DNA from: an uncultured Candidatus Saccharibacteria bacterium
Lineage (GTDB): Bacteria > Patescibacteriota > Minisyncoccia > Minisyncoccales > 2-12-FULL-40-12
Length of the DNA: 44,077 nt
Assembly: GCA_964372865.1 (NCBI GenBank)
Contig: CAYJRW010000001.1
Coordinates: 1-44,077, forward strand
Reading direction: 5' to 3'
The notes beneath the pieces are model-generated. The model made no database searches. It saw nothing but the letters and a program-made list of their open reading frames with translations, and was not told the origin of the DNA. This document shows positions 15,610-24,074 of this stretch, piece after piece (the stretch's first letter is position 1; every line of letters begins with the position of its first letter). The position numbers and the translations under genes were made by a program.

Positions 15610-16369
15610 GTTTTTTAGGGTTTTTGGGGGCTGTCTTCTTTTTCTTTAAAGAGGGTTCCGGCTCAGGAATTTTTTCTGCCATTTTGAAGTTTTCAGCCAG
15701 AAGCGAAAAATGAGAAACCAAGATTTCGCTTGCTTTGAAAAAAGCAGCTTCCGGAGTTATTGTGCCGTCTGTCTCTACTTCCAAAAAGAGCCGGTCATAG
15801 TCGGTTCTTTCTCCAACCCTCATATTTTCTACTCTAAAGCCGACTTTTCTTGTGGGTGTGAAAATTGCATCCAAAGGTATTGCGCCTATTTCCAATTTTT
15901 CTCGCGCTTTTCTTGTCTCTCTTGACCTGTAGCCCAACCCTCTTTCAATTGTTATTTCCATATCAAGCTCAGCTGATTTTGAAGTCAAAGTGGCAATGTG
16001 CGCTGATTTATTCAAAAGTTCGACCTGGGGAGGCAGTTTAAAATCAGAGCCCTTGACTTCTTTTTCTCCTTTAATTTTGAGGGTTGCATTTTGGGGATCT
16101 TTAACATAAGCTTTAAACCTCAGCTGCTTAAGATTTAACATTATTGAAACAACGTCCTCTAAGATGCCCGGAATCGTTGAAAATTCGTGCGCTACACCTT
16201 TTATTTTCATCTGGGTGACAGCTGCTCCTTCCAAAGAAGAAAGCAAGACCCTTCTTAGAGAATTTCCAATGGTCACACCGTAACCTGGGTAAAGGGCTTC
16301 TATCTCGAAAACGGCTTTATTTTTATCTTTTTCTATAACTTTTGGTTTTGCTGGTAGTGTTACCATCAT
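15575..16369 (-). CDS. rpoA: DNA-directed RNA polymerase alpha subunit, N-terminal domain only, with a Lys-rich tail
   Basis: 264 aa. The NTD motifs GNSLRRVLLSS and VENMRVGERTDYDRLFLEVETDG are present. It ends in SLKKKKTAPKNPKKHAKTKKRKKAK and overlaps rplQ by 35 nt. Confidence 0.92.
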   Translation of the reverse strand: MMVTLPAKPKVIEKDKNKAVFEIEALYPGYGVTIGNSLRRVLLSSLEGAAVTQMKIKGVAHEFSTIPGILEDVVSIMLNLKQLRFKAYVKDPQNATLKIKGEKEVKGSDFKLPPQVELLNKSAHIATLTSKSAELDMEITIERGLGYRSRETRKAREKLEIGAIPLDAIFTPTRKVGFRVENMRVGERTDYDRLFLEVETDGTITPEAAFFKASEILVSHFSLLAENFKMAEKIPEPEPSLKKKKTAPKNPKKHAKTKKRKKAK

Positions 16370-16884
16370 CTTGAATAATACTCAAATATTACTGGAATTT
16401 CAACGGGGGGAGAGGCCTCCTCGAGATTAGGCCTGCCCAAAACTTTTCCTTCCAATTTTTCAATATCAAGCTCAAGCCAGGATGGGGGTTTTTGTTTTTT
16501 GAGCTGCGGTATAATATTCTGGAAAATGCTTTTTTTTGTGCTTTTTTCCTTCGGCCTGACAACATCGCCTTTTTTGGTCTCATACCCCGGGATATTGATT
16601 GGTTTTCCGTTGACCAAAAAATGGCCGTGCGACACCAATTGTCTGGCTTGCTCTCTGGTTTGAGCCAGACCCAAGCGGAAAACAACATTATCCAAACGGC
16701 TCTCCAGGGCATTGATTAGAGAAGTCAAATCTTGCGCATTTTTTATATATCTGCGAAGTTGTGCTTCTCTTAAATTATACAAATTTTTTAATTTTTGCTT
16801 TTCCTGTAATTGTTTTCCGTATTCAGAAAGAGCCCTCGGTCTCCTTCTGCCTTTTTGTCCCGGGAAGGTAGTTGTTGTAACCAT
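16366..16884 (-). CDS. rpsD: 30S ribosomal protein S4 (short, 172 aa)
   Basis: LESRLDNVVFRLGLAQTREQARQLVSHGHFLVNGK is the S4 domain. Confidence 0.93.
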   Translation of the reverse strand: MVTTTTFPGQKGRRRPRALSEYGKQLQEKQKLKNLYNLREAQLRRYIKNAQDLTSLINALESRLDNVVFRLGLAQTREQARQLVSHGHFLVNGKPINIPGYETKKGDVVRPKEKSTKKSIFQNIIPQLKKQKPPSWLELDIEKLEGKVLGRPNLEEASPPVEIPVIFEYYSR

Positions 16885-16898
16885 AGAAAATTAGCCTG

Positions 16899-17324
16899 TT
16901 AAACTCTCCTGACTTTTGGCGGGCGGCAGCCATTATGAGGTATGGGCGTTATGTCTTTGATGGCTCCAATTTCCAGGCCCCTTGCTACCAGAGACCTGAT
17001 GGCTGACTCTCTGCCTGAACCAATGCCTTTGACCAATACATTAACTTTTTCAATGCCCAACTTTCTGCAAAAATCAGCAAGCTGCTCTGCGACCTTGGAG
17101 GCAGCAAAAGGAGTGGCCTTTTTCGTGCCTTTAAAACCTATACTGCCTGCTGAAACCCAGGTTAAAACATTGCCTTCAGGGTCGGTCAGAGTAATGATTG
17201 TGTTGTTGTAAGAAGAAAAAATATAAACCTTCCCCTCTTTAATTTTTGTAGGGGCAAAGACCTTAACTTCTCTTTCTTTTAATGGTCCTTCTTCAGTTTT
17301 GGTTATAATTCTTTTTTTTCCCAT
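16899..17324 (-). CDS. rpsK: 30S ribosomal protein S11
   Basis: 141 aa: [36 protein letters not shown]...[16 protein letters not shown]. Confidence 0.96.
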   Translation of the reverse strand: MGKKRIITKTEEGPLKEREVKVFAPTKIKEGKVYIFSSYNNTIITLTDPEGNVLTWVSAGSIGFKGTKKATPFAASKVAEQLADFCRKLGIEKVNVLVKGIGSGRESAIRSLVARGLEIGAIKDITPIPHNGCRPPKVRRV

Positions 17325-17329
17325 TGGTA

Positions 17330-17719
17330 TTAGGTTGGTTCAGCCGGCGGTTTTCTACCGCTTCCCACAGTTTTTCTGACGTTTCCGCGAACAGTCCTGG
17401 TATTTGTTCTTGTCCGCTGTCCCCTGACTGGCAAACCTTTGAGGTGGCGAAGTCCTCTCCAGCTGCCTATGTCTTTTATTCGCTTGATATTCATTATTAT
17501 TTCCCTGCGCAGTTCGCCTTCTATTTTATATTTTTTTTCTATAATTTCTTTCAAGTTGTTGGTCTCATTTGATGTTAAGTCCTTGGCAAGTTTTTGTGGG
17601 TTGATTTCCGCCTCAACCAAAATTCTCCTACTCAAAGGCAGGCCTATTCCATATATAAAAGTCAAAGCAATCACTATTGGTTTTTGGTCGGGGATGTTGA
17701 CCCCAGCTATCCTTGGCAT
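17330..17719 (-). CDS. rpsM: 30S ribosomal protein S13
   Basis: 129 aa: [10 protein letters not shown]...[23 protein letters not shown]. Confidence 0.96.
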   Translation of the reverse strand: MPRIAGVNIPDQKPIVIALTFIYGIGLPLSRRILVEAEINPQKLAKDLTSNETNNLKEIIEKKYKIEGELRREIIMNIKRIKDIGSWRGLRHLKGLPVRGQRTRTNTRTVRGNVRKTVGSGRKPPAEPT

Positions 17720-17723
17720 AGAT

Positions 17724-17837
17724 TTAACCTTGGCGCTGTTTATGCTTTGGATTTTTGCAAATCACATAAACTCGTCCTTTTCTTCGGACGATTTTGCAAT
17801 TTTTGCATAATTTTTTTACAGAAGGCCTTACTTTCAT
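17724..17837 (-). CDS. rpmJ: 50S ribosomal protein L36 (zinc type)
   Basis: Too short for the ORF track. Manual translation gives [37 protein letters not shown], then a stop. Confidence 0.93.
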   Translation of the reverse strand: MKVRPSVKKLCKNCKIVRRKGRVYVICKNPKHKQRQG

Positions 17838-17870
17838 ACTATCTGAATTCCCAGTGGTGGAAAAATAGGA

Positions 17871-17935
17871 GCGGTCGCTGAGGCTTTGGCTCATCTCCCG
17901 CCTCGTTTCGCTTTGCGAAACTCGCTGAGCGACGC
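17871..17935. repeat. GC-rich structured core element, copy 1 (infA-rpmJ spacer); sequence homologue of 34509-34574
   Basis: Plus strand: GCGGTCGC-TGAGGCTTTGGCTCA-TCTCCCGCC-TCGT-TTCGCTTTGCGAA-ACTCGCTGAGCGACGC. It has two internal hairpins and a closing helix GCG(G)TCGC/GCGACGC. It is conspicuously GC-rich against an AT-rich background. Confidence 0.7.
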
Positions 17936-17973
17936 AAGAAACCGAAGGTATCTTGAGCTGGGGTCGGGGGATT

Positions 17974-18195
17974 TCATTTTCCCCTATACACTATTCTGCC
18001 TCTATTTTCATCATATGGCGTCATCTCAACAGTCACTCTGTCCCCCGGCAAAATCTTAATCCTGTAAATTCTTAATTTCCCTGCCAGATGGCACAGAACT
18101 TCTTTTCCGTCATCTAATTTCACCCGAAAATTGGCATTGGGCAGTGTCTCCAAAACCAGGCCTTGTTTTCTAAGAAATTTTTTTTCCACAAGCAA
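17974..18195 (-). CDS. infA: Translation initiation factor IF-1
   Basis: 73 aa: [51 protein letters not shown]. Confidence 0.96.
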   Translation of the reverse strand: MLVEKKFLRKQGLVLETLPNANFRVKLDDGKEVLCHLAGKLRIYRIKILPGDRVTVEMTPYDENRGRIVYRGK

Positions 18196-18225
18196 TAATT
18201 AATTAGTTTAGCAAAGTATTTTATA

Positions 18226-19494
18226 TTAGTCAACCGCCGAGGCTATGGGCTCGGGGTGAGAAGAGCGAAGCTCTGCGAACATCAAGTCTATCTTTATTCT
18301 ATCAAATGTATTGGGCAGACTTTTCAACCAGAAGGGGAACACTTTGATTTCAGCTCTTGAGAACTCTTCTTTATCAGCCAGGAGTATTTTTGCTTCAAAC
18401 AAGGGCTTTGCCACCAGACCCCGTTTTAATGAGTCTAAATCAAGTGTAGGATAAATTTTGGTAAAAACAGATAGGGAAAGCAAAAACTCGCCCGACTCCT
18501 GGTTAAAGGACTCAACCTGGTATTCTGTTCTGGTGCCTTGAGGGTGGAAATTTTTGCCCTCAGGGATCCGGGAAGCGACTGATAGACGAGAGAATTCTTC
18601 AAGGTCTTTCAGCTCAAAAGATACGACAGGCAATTTCGTTTTCACCAGAAATTCAAATTTCTCCGCCTCATCTCCTTCTTTGGCAGAAGAGCTTTTTTCA
18701 AGAATATTCTGTTTGTCTGGCTGAGCCAAAATGACAAACCCGTCGGGAGTTTTTCTTCTTAATTCTTCCTCTGCCTCTTTTTTAGCTTTTTCAACTAACA
18801 TATTCTCTGCCTTTTCCAAATCCTCTTTTAAGACCTTGGCAACCTGGCCTCCGCCTGTCATGGGTTCAGAGGACTCCCCGTAATATTTGGTGTATCTGGC
18901 AGTTCCCAAAAAAGCTGCTATTGAAAAATTAGAAGGCCCTATGTTATACTCTGGACCTGCTTCAGCGGCTACAACCTGAACATCAACAAAAGAGGGAGCA
19001 ATTCTGCCATTCTTTAGGGTGGTTCCTGGAACAGTTATTCTGTTTTTTGAAAAAAACAATTTTCCTTCAGAGGAAACAAATCTGGTTCCCTGAAGCCAGG
19101 TCTCGGTCCCAGTCGTAAATGAGTTGTAAAGGCGGATTGTGCCTTCTGCTTTTTTTAGGGAAATGCCCGTTGCTTGAAATTCTTCTGACAAAATCTTTTC
19201 TATCTCAAAAATTTTTCCCGGAATCACTTTTGAAGATAAATCATGCCTGCCAGCTTTCGTGTCAACAGCCACTCTTTCAGTAAGCAAGAAGGGTTCAGTT
19301 TGAGGCCATATTTTAATTTCTGCTTTAGAAAAGAAAAAATGTAAAGAGAAAAATGTGAGAATTGAAATCAATAAAACCGCTGTCAGAAGGTGTTTCCAAA
19401 TACTCCGCCTTGTTTCCTGTTTTTGTCGCTTAAGTTTTTGCGCAGGCCTGATTTTAGATTTTGGCGGGAAAATATCAATAATCTTTTTTGCCAT
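18226..19494 (-). CDS. Hypothetical bitopic membrane protein (one N-terminal TM, large beta-rich ectodomain), partner of the upstream actin-like ATPase
   Basis: 422 aa with a basic N-terminus MAKKIIDIFPPKSKIRP and the TM segment LLTAVLLISILTFFSLHFFF. It overlaps the upstream gene by 20 nt. Confidence 0.7.
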   Translation of the reverse strand: MAKKIIDIFPPKSKIRPAQKLKRQKQETRRSIWKHLLTAVLLISILTFFSLHFFFSKAEIKIWPQTEPFLLTERVAVDTKAGRHDLSSKVIPGKIFEIEKILSEEFQATGISLKKAEGTIRLYNSFTTGTETWLQGTRFVSSEGKLFFSKNRITVPGTTLKNGRIAPSFVDVQVVAAEAGPEYNIGPSNFSIAAFLGTARYTKYYGESSEPMTGGGQVAKVLKEDLEKAENMLVEKAKKEAEEELRRKTPDGFVILAQPDKQNILEKSSSAKEGDEAEKFEFLVKTKLPVVSFELKDLEEFSRLSVASRIPEGKNFHPQGTRTEYQVESFNQESGEFLLSLSVFTKIYPTLDLDSLKRGLVAKPLFEAKILLADKEEFSRAEIKVFPFWLKSLPNTFDRIKIDLMFAELRSSHPEPIASAVD

Positions 19495-20512
19495 AGTATG
19501 TTGATATTAACAAAGCGGGGGCAAATTGCGGGCTTTTTAAAATTTTTACTTGGGGCCTCTTTTCAGAAAAAGCGATATTACCCCACTGCCCCTCTTTTAA
19601 AATTTCTTTGATTTCCGGAAGTAAGCTTGCCCCGCCAAAAAGAATAATGTTCGACGGGAAGAGACCTGACTCTTTTATCTCTTTTAATTTTGCCTTCAGG
19701 TTTTCAAACCACGCTCTTTGCGGAAAATAAAGCATTTCTTTAAGTCGGCGGGAGGACTCCGGCGTCAACTCGTTTTTGGCATATTTTTCCTTGAAAATTC
19801 TAGCATCTTTTTCCCTTAAACCCAGTTTTTCTGAGATCGTCTGTGAGAAAATTTTTCCACCCATGCCAAACTCGCCAATTCCTTGCAATTTCCCATTTTT
19901 TGTTAAAAAAATCTGAGTTGTCTCGCCCCCGACATCAAGAAAAATACCGTCGGCCTCGCCCGAAAGTTGCGAAAGCTGACCCTCTGCTGCATGCACTATC
20001 TTTTTGTTTTTAATGCCAGCTTTCTGGCAGAGCCAGTCAATTTCCTTCAGGTGATATTCTGACAAAAAATAGGCAAATAATCTAAAGATCAGATTTTCCC
20101 CTTCGTACTTTTGGAGAGTCGGAACTTCGTAGCCGTCAATCAGCATTTCTGTAGTCCTTATGTTAACAATCCTGAGGTCTTTTCGCAAAATTCCCAAATC
20201 GTGGCTGAAAATGCGGGAAATCTCTTCTTTTGCCCTCTGCAAAACAATCTGATATATCTTTTCCTCTTCTTTTTTGTCAATTATCCTTTTGGGGTTTTCT
20301 CTTTCAAATGTTTCAGAGACAATTCTGCCTTTCAAAATATCTGCAGGCAACACTAAAATGACATTGTCAGCTGTTATATTAAGCTCTTTTAAAGCCCCAC
20401 TAAGCGCAGCAAAGCGGTTCTCGGGCGTATCGTAATCATCAAAATACTGCAAAGAGCGCTTTTCCCCTGCCAGAATTTTTACCGCCTCGTTGCCAATATC
20501 TAAAACAATCAT
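19475..20512 (-). CDS. Actin-like ASKHA ATPase, FtsA/PilM family (short form)
   Basis: 345 aa with MIVLDIGNEAVK (phosphate 1), IFLDVGGETTQIF (phosphate 2) and IILFGGASLLPEI (adenosine). Confidence 0.75.
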   Translation of the reverse strand: MIVLDIGNEAVKILAGEKRSLQYFDDYDTPENRFAALSGALKELNITADNVILVLPADILKGRIVSETFERENPKRIIDKKEEEKIYQIVLQRAKEEISRIFSHDLGILRKDLRIVNIRTTEMLIDGYEVPTLQKYEGENLIFRLFAYFLSEYHLKEIDWLCQKAGIKNKKIVHAAEGQLSQLSGEADGIFLDVGGETTQIFLTKNGKLQGIGEFGMGGKIFSQTISEKLGLREKDARIFKEKYAKNELTPESSRRLKEMLYFPQRAWFENLKAKLKEIKESGLFPSNIILFGGASLLPEIKEILKEGQWGNIAFSEKRPQVKILKSPQFAPALLISTYYGKKDY

Positions 20513-20521
20513 CGATTTCTA

Positions 20522-22252
20522 TTATAACACAACTGCCCGGATTCTCCTTACTCCTGCTCCTACCGCCTCTTCTTTAGTAATTTTAAAAATGCCCGCTTCA
20601 GAAGTCCTTTTAACGTGAGGCCCGCCACAGAACTCCTTGGAAAAATCACCCATGGAATACACCTTAACTTTTGGGGGATATTTTTCTTTGAAGAACCAAA
20701 GCGCTCCGGTCTTTTTTGCTTCCTCAATCGGCAGTTCCACAAATGACACCACTAGATCCTCCTTAATTTTTTTGTTCACCAAATCCTCAACTTTTTTAAC
20801 CTCCTCGGGAGTAAGTTTGCGAGAAAAAGTAAAATCAAAACGCGTTCGCTCAACCGTAATGTCAGAACCGTCCTGCTGAACTTCCGGGCCGAGAACAGCC
20901 CTCAAGGCCGCATGGAGAAGATGAGTGGCGGTATGAAGGCGTGTTACCTTTTCAAGTTCGGACTTATCTTTAACAGTAACTTCTCCTGTTTTCAGATAAA
21001 TGCCGTGTCCGCCGAATTTAGCAACCGCCCCCGCACGGGAAATTTCCTGGTGTTTTTTAAATTCTTCATCAAAGACGGCGCGAGTTAAGTTATCTGTTTT
21101 TTCTCCGCCAAATTCTTTTATTAGTTCAAAGGGCAGACCATAACTTTCATAAATCCTAAATGCCGTCTGACCGTCAATTTTATCCAGTTTTTTTATTTCG
21201 CGCAATCCATTCTTAAACGCTGAACCAAATCTCCGCCGTTCTTCATCAAAGACATTAAAAATTGTATCTTTATCCAGTTCTGGATATACGGGTTTATATA
21301 CTTTTAAGACGGCGTCCAAAACATTTTTCAAATCTGTTTCTATACCCATTGGAAGCGTATCCAAGCCGGCCAAAGAAGTTCCCTGTTTAAGATGTATGTG
21401 GACAATAACGCGTCGCAAAATACGTCGCAGTATATAACCAGCGTCTTTGTTAGATGGACGCACTCCATCAGAAATAAGAAAGGCGATTGCCCGAGCATGG
21501 TCGGCAATAATACGATTTATCTTTTCATCTTCCCAAGCAGTCGGCAGAGCTTGTATCAATGGTGCAAATAAATCTGTTTCAAAAATATTTTTCTTTCCCT
21601 GCGCTACCATCGCAAGTCGTTCCAGTCCCATTCCCGTATCTACTCCATTTTGCTTAAGCTTTTCCATAGTTTTGTCGGGCTTGCAATAATATTCGTTAAA
21701 CACAATGTTCCAAATTTCAACTCCTCTTACATAAATCTCTGTAGTTGGACCGCAGGGGCCTTCGTTTCCAGTTGGACCCCAGAAATTGTCTTCTCTCCCC
21801 CGCTTCTCAATCTTAGTGATTCCTAAATCTTTCCATATTTTTTCTGATTCGTTGTCAGAGGAGACCTCGCTATCACCTCCGAAAACAGTTACATATTCTA
21901 TCGGTAAATTTATCTCTTTGAAAAAATCGTAGGCATACTCAATCGCTTCTTTTTTGAAATAACCGCCGAAAGAAAAATTCCCCAGCATTTCAAAAAACGT
22001 ATCATGGGATTCATCGCCAACTTCGTCAATATCGGAAGTTCTGAAGGACTTTTGCACAGACGCCGTATTTTTTGTGCCGAAATCTTTTTGCGCGTCCGCT
22101 TCGCCCATGTAATACTTTTTGAATTGCTGCATGCCAGCCGTAGTTAAAAGAACCGAGGGGTCATCGGGTAAAAGCGAAGAAGAAGGCACAATTTTGTGCC
22201 CGTTTTTCTCAAAAAAATTCAGAAACGCTTGCCGCAATTCTTTTGAAGTCAT
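20522..22252 (-). CDS. alaS: Alanine--tRNA ligase, truncated architecture (catalytic plus editing domains, no C-Ala domain)
   Basis: The start is trimmed to MTSKELRQAFLNFFEKNGH (576 aa). The editing motifs HTATHLLHAALR and CGGPHV are present. The protein ends at GVRRIRAVVL. Confidence 0.92.
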   Translation of the reverse strand: MTSKELRQAFLNFFEKNGHKIVPSSSLLPDDPSVLLTTAGMQQFKKYYMGEADAQKDFGTKNTASVQKSFRTSDIDEVGDESHDTFFEMLGNFSFGGYFKKEAIEYAYDFFKEINLPIEYVTVFGGDSEVSSDNESEKIWKDLGITKIEKRGREDNFWGPTGNEGPCGPTTEIYVRGVEIWNIVFNEYYCKPDKTMEKLKQNGVDTGMGLERLAMVAQGKKNIFETDLFAPLIQALPTAWEDEKINRIIADHARAIAFLISDGVRPSNKDAGYILRRILRRVIVHIHLKQGTSLAGLDTLPMGIETDLKNVLDAVLKVYKPVYPELDKDTIFNVFDEERRRFGSAFKNGLREIKKLDKIDGQTAFRIYESYGLPFELIKEFGGEKTDNLTRAVFDEEFKKHQEISRAGAVAKFGGHGIYLKTGEVTVKDKSELEKVTRLHTATHLLHAALRAVLGPEVQQDGSDITVERTRFDFTFSRKLTPEEVKKVEDLVNKKIKEDLVVSFVELPIEEAKKTGALWFFKEKYPPKVKVYSMGDFSKEFCGGPHVKRTSEAGIFKITKEEAVGAGVRRIRAVVL

Positions 22253-22253
22253 A

Positions 22254-22754
22254 TCAACTATACCTATCTGCCACGCTTGAAGCGACAAAGGATTCTGGCT
22301 TTATTTTCGGCTCAAAGCCGTTGCCTCTAATCAAACCCGTAACCTCTCGTATCATATCTTTTGTAGCGCCTGACTCTCCAATGTCAGCGTGTATATAGCG
22401 GAACTGGTAGTTGGCGCCAGGATTCGCCTCTTTTTCAAAATTTTCTCTCAAAAACAGGGCCATCTCGCAAGAAAGCATAACTTCTTCCAAAATTCTGGTT
22501 TTCCAGCTGTAAAATTTCCTGTTTTTGTAGCTGATTCTTTTTAAGAAAAATCTGCCTCCCTCACCCTTTCTCAAAACAACTACGGCCACTGGAAAATAGG
22601 GCTCCTCACCGGAGGAAGAGTCGCAACCAACAATAATATCGTAAAACTTTTCTGGTTTTTCGTTGATGTAACCAAAAATTTCCTCAATCACTTGAGAAAA
22701 GTTTATGTTCCCGCGCGTCGGGTTGTAAAAATAACCTTCTAAAAAATTACTCAT
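22254..22754 (-). CDS. YkuK-like RNase H-fold protein (DUF458-like)
   Basis: 166 aa: YDIIVGCDSS...PVAVVVLRKGEGGRFF...IHADIGESGATKDMI...PESFVASSVADRYS. Confidence 0.6.
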   Translation of the reverse strand: MSNFLEGYFYNPTRGNINFSQVIEEIFGYINEKPEKFYDIIVGCDSSSGEEPYFPVAVVVLRKGEGGRFFLKRISYKNRKFYSWKTRILEEVMLSCEMALFLRENFEKEANPGANYQFRYIHADIGESGATKDMIREVTGLIRGNGFEPKIKPESFVASSVADRYS

Positions 22755-22879
22755 CTACCAAATTTTTACGAAGTAAAAATGAAGGTGTTGATAAAGCGAA
22801 CTCCTCAGGAGGCAAACTTCATCACACATTACATCATACATCCTTTCTCAAACAAAATCAATCTTTTACAAAAAAACGC

Positions 22880-23113
22880 TTACTCTTTCCTATTTTTGAA
22901 TAATTTCCCCAAAATCTCAACAAAGTTGACCCTGTCCACCACCACCTCGCCCAAAAAAGCAAAGGGTACGGCAATCAAGACAATAATACCAAAAACGTAC
23001 CAGGTTATTGCAGCTCCTGTGGTCACTTTCACAGCAATGATGTCTTCAATAACGCCTATAATTATGCCAAAACACAAAAACTCCAAAAAAACTTCCAATC
23101 TTTTTAAATCCAT
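22880..23113 (-). CDS. Small hypothetical membrane protein (two hydrophobic segments)
   Basis: 77 aa. It sits co-directionally in the gap after msrB, 6 nt from the msrB stop. Confidence 0.5.
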   Translation of the reverse strand: MDLKRLEVFLEFLCFGIIIGVIEDIIAVKVTTGAAITWYVFGIIVLIAVPFAFLGEVVVDRVNFVEILGKLFKNRKE

Positions 23114-23119
23114 ATCTTT

Positions 23120-23527
23120 TTAATTTTTAGCATCTTTGCTTTCAAACTGCAAACAAACAGAATTAATGCAATATCTCTTGCCTCCTTTTTCTTTAGGGCC
23201 GTCGTCAAACACATGCCCCAAGTGAGAACCACATTTTTTGCAAAGCACCTCTGTGCGATTCATACCCTCACTTGTATCTGGCTTCAATTCAATATTATCC
23301 AGATTTACAGGGATAGTAAAACTCGGCCAACCAGTACCAGAATCAAACTTGGCATCTGAAGAAAAAAGCTCCTCGCCACAGGCTGCGCATTTGTACCTTC
23401 CCTTATCTTTGGTGTGAACGTATTTGCCTGAAAAAGGGAGCTCCGTGCCCGCCTCACGCATTACTTGATACTGCTCGGAGGTGAGTTTATCTCTCCACTC
23501 CTCTTTGGTATTTGGAATATTGTTCAT
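23120..23527 (-). CDS. msrB: Peptide-methionine (R)-S-oxide reductase MsrB
   Basis: 135 aa with CAACGEELF and CKKCGSHLGHVFDDGP...RYCINS. Confidence 0.95.
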   Translation of the reverse strand: MNNIPNTKEEWRDKLTSEQYQVMREAGTELPFSGKYVHTKDKGRYKCAACGEELFSSDAKFDSGTGWPSFTIPVNLDNIELKPDTSEGMNRTEVLCKKCGSHLGHVFDDGPKEKGGKRYCINSVCLQFESKDAKN

Positions 23528-24063
23528 CTCAGTTTTGCACGGAACAATTTTTTAATTTTGTCAATTTTGGGATCAATGATAACTTTGCAGTATTTTTCCT
23601 CTGGATTTTTATTGTAATAGTTCTGGTAATGCTCTTTGGCTGGATAAAAATTGTTATAAGGCAGTATTTTTGTTGCAATCGGTTCATCGTAAACTTTCCC
23701 ATCTTCAAGCTCTTTTTTTGAATTAATCGCAAGCTCTTTTTGCCCCTCTGTGTGATAAAAAATCGCAGCTGTATATTGAGAACCCGTGTCAGCTCCTTGT
23801 CCCCCTTTTTGTGTGGGGTTGTGCGAAACCCAGAAAACTTCAAGCAAATCTCTGTAACTTATCTCTTTTGGGTCATACTCAATTTGCACTGCTTCCCTAT
23901 GCCCTGTTTTGCCGCTTGAAACTTGGTTATACGTGGGATTTTCAACGTCTCCGCCTGAGTAACCGGTCGTAACTGATTTAACACCCTTTAGCATGCGGAA
24001 AACAGCGTCCTGGCACCAAAAACATCCGCCTGCAAAAGTCGCTTTCTCAAGTTTAGTTGCCAC
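23524..24063 (-). CDS. msrA: Peptide-methionine (S)-S-oxide reductase MsrA
   Basis: 179 aa with the GGCFWC active site. It has a 4 nt overlap with msrB. Confidence 0.95.
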   Translation of the reverse strand: MATKLEKATFAGGCFWCQDAVFRMLKGVKSVTTGYSGGDVENPTYNQVSSGKTGHREAVQIEYDPKEISYRDLLEVFWVSHNPTQKGGQGADTGSQYTAAIFYHTEGQKELAINSKKELEDGKVYDEPIATKILPYNNFYPAKEHYQNYYNKNPEEKYCKVIIDPKIDKIKKLFRAKLR

Positions 24064-24074
24064 AAAAGTGTATT

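Noticed and set aside
16389-16712. Same-strand nested ORFs in alternative frames: 16389-16712, 29206-29493, 30568-30771, 23529-23843, 20560-20742, 42489-42677 and 1938-2126.
   Set aside because: Each lies fully inside a well-supported conserved gene in a different frame, and their compositions are Arg/Lys/Ser-rich. I see no evidence for overlapping genes.
17838-17973. tRNA or another known small RNA in the GC-rich infA-rpmJ spacer.
   Set aside because: On neither strand is there a cloverleaf, a T-loop GTTCRANYC or an acceptor/CCA arrangement. There is also no resemblance to SRP, tmRNA, RNase P or 6S motifs I know. I kept it as an unclassified structured repeat instead.
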